IMG/VR virus record: IMGVR_UViG_3300022752_000026
Location: 60,942 to 124,941 of that record
Direction: 5' to 3' (one strand)
DNA: 64,000 nt
Source: a virus
Shown: positions 62,646 through 64,000 of the stretch, one piece after another
Layout: each line of letters begins with the position of its first letter
Numbering within the stretch: the stretch's first letter is position 1
Program-made: the position numbers and the translations under genes
The notes under the pieces: model-generated
Told to the model about the DNA's origin: nothing
Databases searched by the model: none
The model's input: the letters and a program-made list of their open reading frames with translations, nothing else

Positions 62646-64000
62646 TACTTTATCCTCCTTACAAACTCTGACGCATTCTTAATGATGTAGTCTGCTCTAG
62701 CATCAATATATGCTGCCGCTCTTGGGTCAACAAACTGCATAGCAGCAGCACGTTCACGCATACGGGTAGCAAACTCTACTACTTGACTTACGGCAGCAGC
62801 CTCGCCAATATCACCAATATGTTGGGCAGCAAAAGGAATTACTGCATTCTTGTTTCCATATCTTCCTAGAACTACCTTGATTGGGTTTAAGAAGAGAGGG
62901 TCATTGTCGTGCTTATCAGCATCTCCAAAAGCACCATTGAACATAGCAAGTCCATTATCTACAGGAACTAGTCTAAGTTTTCCATTAGCATCTCGTCCCC
63001 ACATAAAGTTGTGGCCGTGTCTATCAGTGTTTCCAATAATTGCATTAGCAACAATGAAGTCTAATAACTCTGCTTTATGCTCAGGAGCAATATCATTGCT
63101 AGAAACATAGATTTCGCCATTGTTCTTGATGTTTTGTAGGCCAAAGAATCCAGGACCTGCAAACTCCATAACTCCAATTCCACCAACTTCCATAATCGGT
63201 GAGTCTGGGTTTACTGCTTTTGCCGCAGGGGATGCAAAACCAAGGTCTTTATAGAGTTGAGCAACAATTTCTTCTGCCTTAATTCCATTACCTTTGAATG
63301 GCTTATTGTTGTATTTGTCCTTGTCATATTTGATAAGAACTTGTTCTTTGGTAACAGAGTTTTCAAGAAGAATAAGTCCATTTATTCCAGCACTAATGTT
63401 TGACTTAAACTTCCAGTCTCCCCAAACAACAGCACCTCTTTGAAGTTTGAAGTTTCCGTTTTTATCCCAGAAAACATCAGCGCTCATTCCTTCAAATTCT
63501 CTTGCTACCTTAGCAACAAATTGGTTCGCTGTATCTGAGCCAACCTGAGGTAGAGGAAGTTTAGGCAGTTCACCAAATCCTTCTAAACCAGCCTTGACTT
63601 TTTCAAGTCTGTCAAGAAGTGCATCACGCTCGTCGTCATTGAGGCCATTTTTTCCTTTTACAAGTTGAATCAAAGCATCAACGTTGTTCTTACCGCCAAC
63701 AAGTGCATTTCTAAATACAGGATTGTATGCGTCTGGGAAAACAATTACATCATCAAAGTTTTTGCGTAGCCCGCGTCTCATATCGTTAGCGGCCCACCCC
63801 ATCTTGTCCTCTATCTCTTTATTGAGAACAAACAAATCAGGGAATAGTTTTTCAAACTCTGCTACTTTTCCATTGAACTCATCATCCATCTTGCGCAAAG
63901 GTATGTTCTTTTGAAGATTTGCCAAGGCTTCTAACTCTCGTGCTTCTTCAAACCAACCAAGACCTTTAGCGTAGGTTGCTGCTCTTCTCATATCAGCACC
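62645..64000 (-). CDS. C-terminal part of a head-module protein ending in a HipA/PI3-4-kinase-like domain (5' end beyond window)
   Basis: Frame open to 64000; SAGING loop, VLIK, AEEIV..L...LG, VMEF hinge, IGNTDRHGHNF catalytic loop, VPVDNGL. Confidence 0.8.
   Translation of the reverse strand, partial: GADMRRAATYAKGLGWFEEARELEALANLQKNIPLRKMDDEFNGKVAEFEKLFPDLFVLNKEIEDKMGWAANDMRRGLRKNFDDVIVFPDAYNPVFRNALVGGKNNVDALIQLVKGKNGLNDDERDALLDRLEKVKAGLEGFGELPKLPLPQVGSDTANQFVAKVAREFEGMSADVFWDKNGNFKLQRGAVVWGDWKFKSNISAGINGLILLENSVTKEQVLIKYDKDKYNNKPFKGNGIKAEEIVAQLYKDLGFASPAAKAVNPDSPIMEVGGIGVMEFAGPGFFGLQNIKNNGEIYVSSNDIAPEHKAELLDFIVANAIIGNTDRHGHNFMWGRDANGKLRLVPVDNGLAMFNGAFGDADKHDNDPLFLNPIKVVLGRYGNKNAVIPFAAQHIGDIGEAAAVSQVVEFATRMRERAAAMQFVDPRAAAYIDARADYIIKNASEFVRRIK

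Overview
All 64 kb is one low-GC (roughly 40% by eye) tailed dsDNA phage, most likely a siphovirus of Actinobacteria: it carries two WhiB genes, leaderless starts, and a head module resembling mycobacteriophage cluster B. The minus strand runs from the right edge through head genes (a 5'-truncated protein ending in a HipA/PI3-4-kinase-like domain, two acidic proteins, a 1736-aa multidomain maturation protease, and probable hexamer and pentamer capsid proteins). It continues through tail genes (major tail, adaptor, terminator, chaperones with a probable -1 frameshift, tape measure, Dit, minor tails) and a replication/recombination block (PolA, RuvC-like, SNF2 helicase, PD-(D/E)XK nuclease, Sak4-like ATPase, SSB, two WhiB). 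A convergent plus-strand block of about 22 kb (4063-26119) encodes five collagen-like (Gly-X-Thr) fibre proteins and other large virion-type proteins, and ends in a GT2-TPR glycosyltransferase and a SAM methyltransferase. A prim-pol/D5 primase missing from the ORF track runs off the left edge. The best candidates for new biology are (i) a BclA-like collagen-fibre glycosylation/methylation system, (ii) a head-module kinase with acidic candidate immunity genes, (iii) a head polyprotein punctuated by a recurring candidate cleavage motif, and (iv) a structured capsid leader RNA that sequesters the RBS. All calls come from motif reading and gene context; no database searches were run.
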